Below, piece after piece: positions 23,656 to 35,228 of a stretch of 64,000 nucleotides of DNA; position 1 is the stretch's first letter; the number at the start of each line of letters is the position of its first letter. Source of the DNA: Selaginella moellendorffii (taxonomy: Eukaryota > Plantae > Lycopodiophyta); assembly GCF_000143415.4 (NCBI RefSeq), contig NW_003314337.1, positions 850,711 to 914,710 of the forward strand, read 5' to 3'. The notes beneath the pieces were generated by a model. It saw only the letters and a program-made list of their open reading frames with translations. It did no database searches and had not been told where the DNA came from. The position numbers were made by a program, and so were the translations under genes.

Positions 23656-23672
23656 AAATCCGGCGAGATCGC

Positions 23673-25361
23673 TAAACATATATGTACATTACCCCAATCC
23701 CAAAGGGATCAAAACTACATTGAGAGCGCACTCTCGAAGAAACTAGTGAAACTATGAGCGCGAACGCCCGGCGCTGCTCTTGGGCCGTCCGCCTCCCAGG
23801 TGACTCCACCGCGGAGCTTGAAGCCACCTGCTTCGCCTCGCCACTCCTCCACTCGATCACAATGATGCCAAGCCAGACGAACACCATGTCGATCTAGCTC
23901 GACGTCGTCGCAGCCAAGCGGTCCAACTCGAGCACGATGACCCAGCGTCGCTCATGGGTCACTCGCCTCCAAGGTGACTCCACTGCACAAGCTGAAGCCA
24001 CCTGTTACGCCCCAAGACGTGATGCTGTGTCTTGGAGCGCCTACCTCCCCAGTGTACTTCCAGCACTAAGTCAGTGCCCATTGCGAGCAAACTCCAAGGC
24101 GTAGAACAAGCAAGGTGTGAGCCTCCTCCAGCTCTAGACTAGAGCGTGCTATCTTGCCTCCCACACTAGACAAGTGCGCTGGCCCCCTTCAATGATATAC
24201 GAGCCCCCGTTGCCGGCATCGCGACAATCACAAGACTTGCAAGCCTCCGCAAACCTCCTCAAAGGACTAGCCCTGAAGCAAGAACCATGTGGGATTCCCT
24301 CCGCGAGCAAACCAACTCGGCCATCCGCCACTGGCCCCCTTTGTGACAGCACTTCCCTGTCACTAGATCCAAAAATGCGCCCATAGTGTCTTCCACGTCC
24401 ATCCACCACGGACACTTCGCTATGTCGAGATGTCGTCCCGAACTGTCCTCCACCAGTCAACAAAGATCCCATGACTTGGTCGTGTTTCCACGACTCAAGT
24501 CGCCAAGAACTTCCGACACATGCAGCTTCACGCTCTCCGTACCTTAGTCGCCACCTTGCATGGCCCGACCTAAGGCGAGAAATCCCGCTCGAAGCTGCGA
24601 GACCAGCAACCGTCGCGTTTCCACCATGTTGCTGCCGTGCCAACCACATGCAACGAAGATCCCTGACACTTAGAGTGGCCGGATCGAAGATCCCGCCGCC
24701 ACCCTAAGTCCTGCCCTAACCGCAGTTAGCCAAGAACCCTAACCCTAGCCACGAATTAGGACAGGTGAGAACTCTGAGACCGTGAAGAATTTTTGCCTGC
24801 GCTTCTGGGAGGGTGTGAGGCTCCCTCCCAGCTATGCCCCTGTGAATTTTTGTGCAAAAAATTCCAAGCCGTTCAGGAGTTATGAGCTCCCAAAAAACTT
24901 GAAACCATGAGAAGCGAAAAAAGAAGAGGAGGAGAGGAGAGCGTCCAGCTGCTGCAGCCGTGGTGTTCCTGACTGCCCTCTCCACTCCTCCAAATCTCTA
25001 AGCCCCGAAAAACCCTAGCCGCCGCCGAAGAACCCTAAAAACAGCAGCGACCTAGGGCCAGCGAGATCTCCAGATCCGTGGCAGATCTCGCCGCGGCCTT
25101 CTAGGAGGATGAGAATCTACACTCCTAGAAGCCCCCCGTCGAAGGAATCGAGGTTTCTCCCAGCCGTTTGGGAGATATCGATAAAAACGACAGAGAGCGA
25201 GAGAGAAGAGGAGAAAGAGGAGGGAGACGAGCTCCGTGTGTTGCTGCCGCGGTCTGCGATGCTTGTGCCGCCCTGGACGCTCGCTCCCTCCCTCTTTCTC
25301 ACACTCTCTCTCTAGCGCCTTCGAGCTCTCTCCTCAAACAACTTAGGGCTTTTGCGCGCGC
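23673..25361 (-). mobile_element. Non-autonomous element NA2, full length
   Basis: Matches NA1; longest 5' end; TSD-flanked. Confidence 0.92.
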
Positions 25362-25378
25362 AAATCCGGCGAGATCGC

Positions 25379-26354
25379 TAAACATATATGTACATTACCC
25401 CAATCCCAAAGGGATCAAAACTACATTGAGAGCGCACTCTCGAAGAAACTAGTGAAACTATGGGCGCAAACGCCCGGCGCTGCTCTTGGGCCGTCCGCCT
25501 CCCAGGTGACTCCACCGCGGAGCTTGAAGCCACCTGCTTCGCCTCGCCACTCCTCCACTCGATCACAATGATGCCAAGCCAGACGAACACCATGTCGATC
25601 TAGCTCAACGTCGTCGCAGCCAAGCGGTCCAACTCGAGCACGATGACCCGGCGTCGCTCATGGGTCACTCGCCTCCAAGGTGACTCCACTGCACAAGCTG
25701 AAGCCACCTGTTACGCCCCAAGACGTGATGCTGTGTCTTGGAGCGCCTACCTCCCCAGTGTACTTCCAGCACTAAGTCAGTGCCCATTGCGAACAAACTC
25801 CAAGGCGTAGAACAAGCAAGGTGTGAGCCTCCTCCAGCTCTAGACTAGAGCGTGCTACCTTGCCTCCCACACTAGACAAGTGCGCTGGCCCCCTTCAATG
25901 ATATACAAGCCCCCGTTGCCGGCATCGCGACAATCACAAGACTTGCAAGCCTCCGCAAACCTCCTCAAAGGACTAGCCCTGAAGCAAGAACCATGTGGGA
26001 TTCCCTCCGCGAGCAAACCAACTCGGCCATCCGCCACTGGCCCCCTTTGTGACAGCACTTCCCTGTCACTAGATCCAAAAATGCGCCCATAGTGTCTTCC
26101 ACGTCCATCCACCACGGACACTTCGCTATGTCGGGATGTCGTCCCGAACTGTCCTCCACCAGTCAACAAAGATCCCATGACTTGGTCGTGTTTCCACGAC
26201 TCAAGTCGCCAAGAACTTCCGACACATGCAGCTTCACGCTCTCCGTACCTTAGTCGCCACCTTGCATGGCCCGACCTAAGGCGAGAAATCCCGCTCGAAG
26301 CTGCAAGACCAGCAACCGTCGCGTTTCCACCATGTTGCTGCCGTGCCAACCACA
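25379..26354 (-). mobile_element. Non-autonomous element NA3, 5'-truncated
   Basis: 3' ~1 kb of NA; TSD-flanked. Confidence 0.92.
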
Positions 26355-26373
26355 CAAAATCCGGCGAGATCGC

Positions 26374-28032
26374 TAAACATATATGTACATTACCCCAATC
26401 CCAAAGGGATCAAAACTACATTGAGAGCGCACTCTCGAAGAAACTAGTGAAACTATGAGCGCGAACGCCCGGCGCTGCTCTTGGGCCGTCCGCCTCCCAG
26501 GTGACTCCACCGCGGAGCTTGAAGCCACCTGCTTCGCCTCGCCACTCCTCCACTCGATCACAATGATGCCAAGCCAGACGAACACCATGTCGATCTAGCT
26601 CGACGTCGTCGCAGCCAAGCGGTCCAACTCGAGCACGATGACCCAGCGTCGCTCATGGGTCACTCGCCTCCAAGGTGACTCCACTGCACAAGCTGAAGCC
26701 ACCTGTTACGCCCCAAGACGTGATGCTGTGTCTTGGAGCGCCTACCTCCCCAGTGTACTTCCAGCACTAAGTCAGTGCCCATTGCGAGCAAACTCCAAGG
26801 CGTAGAACAAGCAAGGTGTGAGCCTCCTCCAGCTCTAGACTAGAGCGTGCTACCTTGCCTCCCACACTAGACAAGTGCGCTGGCCCCCTTCAATGATATA
26901 CGAGCCCCCGTTGCCGGCATCGCGACAATCACAAGACTTGCAAGCCTCCGCAAACCTCCTCAAAGGACTAGCCCTGAAGCAAGAACCATGTGGGATTCCC
27001 TCCGCGAGCACACCAACTCGGCCATCCGCCACTGGCCCCCTTTGTGACAGCACTTCCCTGTCACTAGATCCAAAAATGCGCCCATAGTGTCTTCCACGTC
27101 CATCCACCACGGACACTTCGCTATGTCGAGATGTCGTCCCGAACTGTCCTCCACCAGTCAACAAAGATCCCATGACTTGGTCGTGTTTCCACGACTCAAG
27201 TCGCCAAGAACTTCCGACACATGCAGCTTCACGCTCTCCGTACCTTAGTCGCCACCTTGCATGGCCCGACCTAAGGCGAGAAATCCCGCTCGAAGCTGCG
27301 AGACCAGCAACCGTCGCGTTTCCACCATGTTGCTGCCGTGCCAACCACATGCAACGAAGATCCCTGACACTTAGAGTGGCCGGATCGAAGATCCCGCCGC
27401 CACCCTAAGTCCTGCCCTAACCGCAGTTAGCCAAGAACCCTAACCCTAGCCACGAATTAGGACAGGTGAGAACTCTGAGACCGTGAAGAATTTTTGCCTG
27501 CGCTTCTGGGAGGGTGTGAGGCTCCCTCCCAGCTATCCCCCTGTGAATTTTTGTGGAAAAATTCCAAGCCGTTCAGGAGTTATGAGCTCCCAGAAAACTT
27601 GAAACCATGAGAAGCGAAAAAAGAAGAGGAGGAGAGGAGAGCGTCCAGCTGCTGCAGCCGTGGTGTTCCTGACTGCCCTCTCCACTCCTCCAAATCTCTA
27701 AGCCCCGAAAAACCCTAGCCGCCGCCGAAGAACCCTAAAAACAGCAGCGACCTAGGGCCAGCGAGATCTCCAGATCCGTGGCAGATCTCGCCGCGGCCTT
27801 CTAGGAGGATGAGAATCTACACTCCTAGAAGCCCCCCGTCGAAGGAATCGAGGTTTCTCCCAGCCGTTTGGGAGATACCGATAAAAACGACAGAGAGCGA
27901 GAGAGAAGAGGAGAAAGAGGAGGGAGACGAGCTCCGTGTGTTGCTGCCGCGGTCTGCGATGCTTGTGCCGCCCTGGACGCTCGCTCCCTCCCTCTTTCTC
28001 ACACTCTCTCTCTAGCGCCTTCGAGCTCTCTC
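26374..28032 (-). mobile_element. Non-autonomous element NA4, slightly 5'-truncated
   Basis: Matches NA1; TSD-flanked. Confidence 0.92.
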
Positions 28033-28049
28033 AAATCCGGCGAGATCGC

Positions 28050-29809
28050 TGAACGTGTATGTACATTCCCCATGTCCCAATGGGACTAATACAAAAAATG
28101 GGCGTGCCGCCCTCTCCATGAGCTACTCTACGTGATCCTCATATGCCGCAGCTAGACCTAGTCCTGGAGTAGAAGTGGACGTGGTCGTCTCGAGCGAATC
28201 ATGTCGATGTCCAAGTCTCCCCCACGAGCTGACCTTAGAACAGAGTCTGGGGGGCGCCATTGCCAGCGAATCTCGCCACCTCCCAATTTGCCGAAGCATG
28301 GGAGCCACCTAGATCTCCACTCCTCGAGCTGCCTCGGTTTCGCCCGCTCTTTCAGGATGGTGTAGTGAAGACGCACCGCTGCAAGAGTGAGTCTCCACCA
28401 TGATGCCACCACTGCCGATATTCTCGCTTGTTGCCCATCAAAGCGACAGTGGTTCCGCGCCTCCCAAAGTGCCTGCAGTCCTGTTGCCCTCCAAATGGAC
28501 CAGCGCTCTTGGCCCAACGCCTCCCAGATGGACATCCCAACTTCAGCCCCTGTCACGTCCCACCGGACTCGCATGTTCCATCGGTGCCGTCCGTAGCAGC
28601 GAATACGCCTCCAAGCTGGACCAATGGCTGGGCCTCTGGCTCCCTCAAACCAGTGGAGGATATCCCCACTCCGAGCCTCAAACTCTGGAATGTCTCCGAG
28701 TTCCTGCGTCGCCTTGAAGATCTGTCGCCAAACTTCTCTCGCCACGTCGCATTCCCATAGGACATGTCGCGCTGTCTCCAACTCGCCACACTCCTTGCAC
28801 CGTCGGCATGCTTCTTCCTGGAACCGCTGTCCTACCGGCAGCCCGTTATTTGCCACCAACCAAGAGGTGGCCTTGACTTTCTCCTGTACCGGTAGTTTCC
28901 AGAACGCAAGCGTGTTGCCCACCACCTGATTTGCTTCAACTCCTTGCTCGATCCATTTCTTCCAGAGCTTGGGGATCTCCCCTCGGGCCTCCTCCCTGCT
29001 GGTCAAGAGACCATCCCTTGCTTCCTTGACGCCGAAGGAGAAGAAGCTCCTCGCTCCTCGTTTCCATGCTGCGGGGTCCCAATCCAGATCCTCGATGAGC
29101 TGCTGTCGCCACCATCTAAGAATGCCTTCCCCTTCTAGTGCAGCCAACGATTGAACCACCACCGATTGTTTCGGAGCCTGTCGTATTACTCGAATCCTAC
29201 CCTTGACCTCGTCATCCGTCACCATCGGCATGACCTGTTCGTCCCCTGCTGGCAACAGCATGTCGCCTCTCAAGACTCGAAAAGGACACCCAACATTTTG
29301 GTCTGGAGACACAACGAACCATACCTCCACATCCCTGTCCTCCCAAGCTGGTGTTGGGGCCGTAAACGCCCGTGTCCAGGCCCCCAAGCTAACTCGTTCC
29401 CTGTCTGACTCCACGTCCCGTTGCAGAGCCACAAAGTCTCCAGATTTGAGACAACGCCTAGGCCAGAGCTGCCCCTGCTTCGCCTCACTCACTGCTCTGA
29501 TAATGCGAAGAAGATCAAGGTGGACTTTCCTCCACCGTCCCGGGTTAAAGACCTGCATATGTCTCGTAGTCTTCCTCCTGTCCTTGTCCAGGACCCGCAC
29601 CAGCTGCTTGAGAGTTCGGAAGCCTGCGCTATGTAGCTTTCTCCAGATTGTGTAGTGGTCCTCCCTGCCCAGTGTCCTTTCATCCAGTTTGAAGAGGTCG
29701 TTGAAGAACAGGGGCTGGTTCAGCCAGTCCTCCGCTCGCCCTGGCAATTCCCTACTGACTGGAAACGCGCTCCATAACCGGAGAAGCCCCTGGACTAGAG
29801 TGCCGCCCT
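28050..29809 (-). mobile_element. LINE-C, 5'-truncated copy (1.76 kb)
   Basis: Near-identical to 2991-~4750; TSD-flanked. Confidence 0.95.
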
Positions 29810-29826
29810 AAATCCGGCGAGATCGC

Positions 29827-30696
29827 TAAACATGTATGTACATTACCCCAATCCCAAAGGGATCAAAACAACATTGAGAGCGCACTCTCGAAGAGACTAG
29901 TGAAACTATGAGCGCGAACGCCCGGCGCTGCTCTTGGGCCGTCCGCCTCCCAGGTGACTCCACCGCGGAGCTTGAAGCCACTTGCTTCGCCTTGCCACTC
30001 CTCCACTCGGTCACAATGATGACAAGCCAGACGAACACCATGTCGATCTAGCTCGATGTCGTCGCAGCCAAGTGGTCCAACTCGACCACGATGACCCGGC
30101 GTTGCTCATGGGTCACTCGCCTCCAAGGTGACTCCACTGCACAAGCTGAAGCCACCTGTTACGCCCCAAGACGTGATGCTGTGTCTTGGAGCGCCTACCT
30201 CCCCAGTGTACTTCCAGCACTAAGTCGGTGCCCATTACGAACAAACTCCAAGGCGTAGAACAAGCGAGGTGTGAGCCTCCTCCAGCTCTAGACTAGAGCG
30301 TGCTACCTTGCCTCCCACACTAGACAAGTGCGCTGGCCCCCTTCAATGATATACGAGCCCCCGTTGCCGGCATCGCGACAATCACAAGACTTGCAAGCCT
30401 CCGCAAACCTCCTCAAAGGACTAGCCCTGAAGCAAGAACCATGTGGGATCCCCTCCGCGAGCAAACCAGCTCGGCCATCCGCCACTGGCCCCCTTTGTGA
30501 CAGCACTTCCCTGTCACTAGATCCAAAAATGCGCCCATAGTGTCTTCCACGTCCATCCACCGCGGACACTTCGCTATGTCGGGATGTCGTCCCGAACTGT
30601 CCTCCACCAGTCAACAAAGTTCCCATGACTTGGTCGTGTTTCCACGACTCAAGTCGCCAAGAACCTCCGACACATGCAGCTTCACGCTCTCCGTAC
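29827..30696 (-). mobile_element. Non-autonomous element NA5, 5'-truncated, variant subfamily
   Basis: 3' 0.87 kb with diagnostic substitutions (AAAACAACATTG, GAGACTAG); TSD-flanked. Confidence 0.92.
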
Positions 30697-30714
30697 TAAA
30701 TCCGGCGAGATCGC

Positions 30715-31615
30715 TAAACATGTATGTACATTACCCCAATCCCAAAGGGATCAAAACAACATTGAGAGCGCACTCTCGAAGAGACTAGTGAAACTATGAG
30801 CGCGAACGCCCGGCGCTGCTCTTGGGCCGTCCGCCTCCCAGGTGACTCCACCGCGGAGCTTGAAGCCACCTGCTTCGCCTTGCCACTCCTCCACTCGGTC
30901 ACAATGATGACAAGCCAGACGAACACCATGTCGATCTAGCTCGATGTCGTCGCAGCCAAGTGGTCCAACTCGACCACGATGACCCGGCGTTGCTCATGGG
31001 TCACTCGCCTCCAAGGTGACTCCACTGCACAAGCTGAAGCCACCTGTTACGCCCCAAGACGTGATGCTGTGTCTTGGAGCGCCTACCTCCCCAGTGTACT
31101 TCCAGCACTAAGTCGGTGCCCATTACGAACAAACTCCAAGGCGTAGAACAAGCGAGGTGTGAGCCTCCTCCAGCTCTAGACTAGAGCGTGCTACCTTGCC
31201 TCCCACACTAGACAAGTGCGCTGGCCCCCTTCAATGATATACGAGCCCCCGTTGCCGGCATCGCGACAATCACAAGACTTGCAAGCCTCCGCAAACCTCC
31301 TCAAAGGACTAGCCCTGAAGCAAGAACCATGTGGGATCCCCTCCGCGAGCAAACCAGCTCGGCCATCCGCCACTGGCCCCCTTTGTGACAGCACTTCCCT
31401 GTCACTAGATCCAAAAATGCGCCCATAGTGTCTTCCACGTCCATCCACCACGGACACTTCGCTATGTCGGGATGTCGTCCCGAACTGTCCTCCACCAGTC
31501 AACAAAGATCCAATGACTTGGTCGTGTTTCCACAACTCAAGTCGCCAAGAACTTCCGACACATGCAGCTTCACGCCCTCCGTACCTTAGTCGCCACCTTG
31601 CATGGCCCGACCTAA
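30715..31615 (-). mobile_element. Non-autonomous element NA6, 5'-truncated; last member of array 1
   Basis: Followed by the TSD and then the host PLE sequence GGCACCACTTTG. Confidence 0.92.
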
Positions 31616-31753
31616 AAATCCGGCGAGATCGCGGCACCACTTTGTGCAATCCACATTCTCCGTGTGCCGTTGTCAAAACGGCGTGATCGAGAGCAAGTAG
31701 AGGAGGCGAGGGAATGAATTTTCATTCATACGTGAGCGAGGGAGAGGACAAGA

Positions 31754-31807
31754 GACAACCCGAGACCGGTTTCGTCCTTTTTGGGACTCATCAGCCGGGT
31801 GTAGTCG
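31754..31807 (-). ncRNA. Minimal type I hammerhead ribozyme
   Basis: The minus strand reads CCCGG-CUGAUGA-GUCC-CAAAAA-GGAC-GAAAC-CG-GUC^UCGGG. This is the canonical core with a very short palindromic stem III; cleavage is predicted between 31764 and 31763. Confidence 0.93.
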
Positions 31808-32645
31808 TCTAGTGTCTACCCTAACCCTAGCTCGACGCCGACTCTACTTATTTTTGGCTCTGTCACGTGGCGCGAGTCCGTGTGGCAGCCATGCGAAGTG
31901 GCGTGGCAGCGTTGGCTCGCGAGGGTGCGAACGTAGCACAGCTGGTGTTGGTTACTCCACAGCAGTGGTAGTCGCGGAGAATGACTTCGGCTAATTGCCG
32001 AAGACAGTAAGCGTTTGTCCGGCGGGTGACGTACCTTCGACGCAAGATAACTTGTAAACGCGGCATGATATGATGCATGCATTACGTCCACAATGCTTGT
32101 GTCACTTGTACGTACCCGGCGACCAAAAACGTGGTTCACTTTGTAGGGAATATTCTGGGAATATTCCGTAGTTGACCGTTGACCCCGCGTTGACCGTGTG
32201 TGGACTGGGATGGTGGAGGGCCTGAGGTCACTCATACATACCCAGAGTCCAGCAGTGATCAGGGGGGAGCCATCCCGCAAGCTGTCGGCATGTGTTGCCG
32301 ATGTCGAAGGAGCGGCACCGTTTTAATGGAAAACACGCTTTTCAACGAATCGTGTGTGGAGTCCAGAGTTGAGACTCACATATTCACGATCGGAAGGAAG
32401 AGCGGAATCCAACGGTATATGCCGTTTTGACTCGGTCAACAAAAACACTGTCAGGGAATATTCGGGAATATTCCATTCTGACCGTTGACTCCGCGTTGAC
32501 CGTGCGTTGACTCGAAAGGGAGGTGGCCTGGAGTGAGTTGGGACATACCTGGAGTCCATTGGCCAGATCCTGGGAGTCATCGGTTACGTGGAGAGGGATG
32601 CAAACATATGCTTCCATGTCTTGCAAAGTGTGGTACAGGACGTGG

Positions 32646-33700
32646 CTAGGCTCGCGGAGGGAGCTTAGCTCTGACCAGGAACGAACCGAGGTTCGGGGAG
32701 CGTCTCCAGCACGTGATCACTCGGGGGAGTGTGTCTGCGGGGGCTTCATCCATCACCTGTTTAGGGTTTAGGATGTCCCCCAAGCCTAGCTGCGCACTGT
32801 GGAGTGTGTAAGGCAGCTTGAAGGCGAGGGGGGCCCGTCGACAGGCGTCGCTGGAGCGGCGCGAACGTGCAAGGAGAGCTTGATGTCGCTGGTCGTAGGA
32901 GATGCCAGAGAAGCAGTGATGGAGGAAGGAGGTCGGGTATCCCCGGGCACGGAGGCGGTGGTAGAACCGCGTGCGCATGGCGTGGAATCCATCGGCCGTG
33001 CTCTCGCGGAGGAGGTATCTCTGGAGCTCGCTGCGGATGAATGCCACTTTTTGGTGCCGTGGGTGAACCGACGTCCAGGGGAGGTACTGGTAGGCATTGA
33101 GCGGCTTCTGGAACGTGGACAAGTCGAGGCAGCCTGTCTCTTCAAAGCGAGGGCCTTTGAAGAAGTGGATATCGAGGATATCCAGCTCTTCAAGCGAGAT
33201 CACCGAGGTGATCTTGATCGAAGGACACAGCGTGCCGTACCCTCGGAGCCATCGTTCGAGGCCTGCTCGTGTACCTGTCCAGATGCCCACTCCGTCATCT
33301 ATGTACCTTCGTAGATAGAAGGGCCAGTCGTTGGTGGCGTGCTTGTACTCGGCTTCAAGAGAGCAGAGGAAGAGGCAAGCGTAGACCACCGCGAAGTTGG
33401 AGCCCATCGCTGTGCCGCGGATCTGCTGGTAGATGTTACCGTCAAACTCCACGTAGTTGTGCTCCAGGACGAGGGCAGCCGCAGCCATGAGGAATCGCGA
33501 GCGTGTGGTGTTGCCGTACTCGGCAAACACAAAGTCGCGGAGGCGTTGGAGACCCTCTCGTGTGGGGATGCTTGGGTAGAGGCTCTCTACGTCGAACGTG
33601 AAGAGCCAGCAGTCCCGCGGGAGCTGTAGGTGGAGGAGGTCCTGCAGCAGCGTGAGCGAATCAGTGAGAAACGTTGGCTGCTTCAGCAGGATGTCGTAGA
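32646..33700 (-). CDS. PLE reverse transcriptase, C-terminal part, no GIY-YIG domain
   Basis: Motifs are FTFDVESLYPSIP, RGTAMGSNFA, RYIDDG and FQKPLNAYQYL. The frame stays open upstream of the called start, to ~33700. Confidence 0.92.
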
Positions 33701-35211
33701 TTAGTGAGCTTATCGTGGTTGAGTTGGATCGAGTGGTTATTTAGTTATGCTTGTCCATGAACCTTTATCTCATACCTGAGGTATTACGTTCATGTTAGAC
33801 AAGTATATGACTTGATAACGTGGGTTAGTGTTGGGTCTTGAGAAGGCAAGTTGAAGAGTGATTGTTGATTGCTTTGCAACTAGTGATTGCTTGTAGATTT
33901 TTTCGAAGACTGTGACACTTGCTGCACTTGATGATGATTCAGCAGTGATGGGCTTGCTTTACCGGATCGTGTTACGGAGGATCGTGTCATTAGACTTATA
34001 TGGTTTTCTATGTTGGTATGTTGACTCTACCTTTGTCGATATCATTTAGTTGCGTTTAGTTCGTAGTGTTGGATTTCATTGAGTCTTGGACGTGGTGATT
34101 CTCTCCTTGATAAAGTGTTATCTATGGCTGAGTATTGTTGAAGAATTAGTCTCGGATACTAAGAAAAGTATCTTCGACTTTGGTTAGCTTAGTTGCTAAA
34201 GAGTTTTGAGTGGTGGTTCACTCGTGCTTTCTTTTAGCTTTGTTATGGTGTTGATGATATTGAAGTGATGCCTTGTCGTTGACAATATTGATGTTGAGAT
34301 TCAAGTGAAATGAGATGTCTCTCTATAAGATTGATATTGAGTTAAATTAATATTGATGAAGATAGTGTTGATGATTTGGCTATGGCTTTGTGTTACTGGC
34401 ATTTGTGCATTTGCTAGTTAGCAACTGTATTGACGTTCAAATGAATTGAGTGGCAAGTTTAAGTTAGTTGTGTTCTAGACAAGATTATTTTAGTAGAGGT
34501 TGAGCTTTGCGCTTTTCCTTGAAAAGTGATTTAGTCATGGACTATGCTAACTCTACGAGAGGAAAAGTTAGTGATCGATATTGGAATGTTTGAATCCTTG
34601 TTGGATTTGAGTTAGATATATCGATCATTAATGATTCTCCTTGTGCTTGTTATGAAGTGAGTTACGTCTTGCTATAGATGGATTCATGGAGGATCGTCTG
34701 GTGATCACTTGTTGAGCATAACTTCGTTATACTTAGCTTTTGGATTGATGCAGACATGCTCTTCATTAGCTTTGGCATTATGAAGTTTAGCTTCAGGATG
34801 TGTTGAGGAGGATACTGTGGGTTATACCATGCTTTCTTCTTTAGCATTGAAGTTCATTGATATGAGGCTTGTGATCATTGTTAGGCCAGACTTGGCTATA
34901 GACTTCTTCGAGCTTTTGGTTCCTTGAGTTTTTATGCTTATGGTCCATTTGTTAGAAGTTGTTGGGGAAAGCATTTTGGCTTGTTAGCTTCGATGTTGAA
35001 GTTAGTATTTGCATGTAGCAATCATTGGTGATGCTTGACTATCATCTAAGATAGTTGATTATCCTTAATAAAGGTTTTGCTTGATTATTGTTGGTATAGA
35101 CTGAGTTGCTGTTCTTCGGGATGGTGGATTCTTTCTTCAACGATGATTATGCATCACTGCATTGATGGGATGATTCATGATCTTTCATGATAGTTAGTTG
35201 TTCTCTTTGAT

Positions 35212-35228
35212 GGCTTTTGGCTGTTCGC
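35212..35228 (+). repeat. Second TSD GGCTTTTGGCTGTTCGC; copies start at 35212, 36916 and 40323
   Basis: The 17-mer flanks and separates NA7-NA9. Confidence 0.93.

Larger units (their letters stand above)
31617..33700 (-). mobile_element. Penelope-like element family 1 (GC-rich), 5'-truncated, endonuclease-less; host of array 1
   Basis: It has a PLE-type RT and a hammerhead; 31617-31763 matches the telomere-embedded copy at 60505-60651. Confidence 0.9.

Noticed and set aside
21596-23679. ORF starts at 22222 and 23679 as real genes
   Set aside because: They are chimeric read-throughs across element/TSD junctions.
1277-31632. Recurring 16-mer read as a CRISPR repeat or recombination (att) site
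   Set aside because: The intervening units are kb-sized retroelement copies with variable 5' truncation, so the repeat is a TSD. There are no cas or recombinase genes.
35212-35228. TSD resembles U2 snRNA (GGCCTTTTGGCT), a known Tx1-clade target
   Set aside because: The match is short, and neither flank continues as U2.
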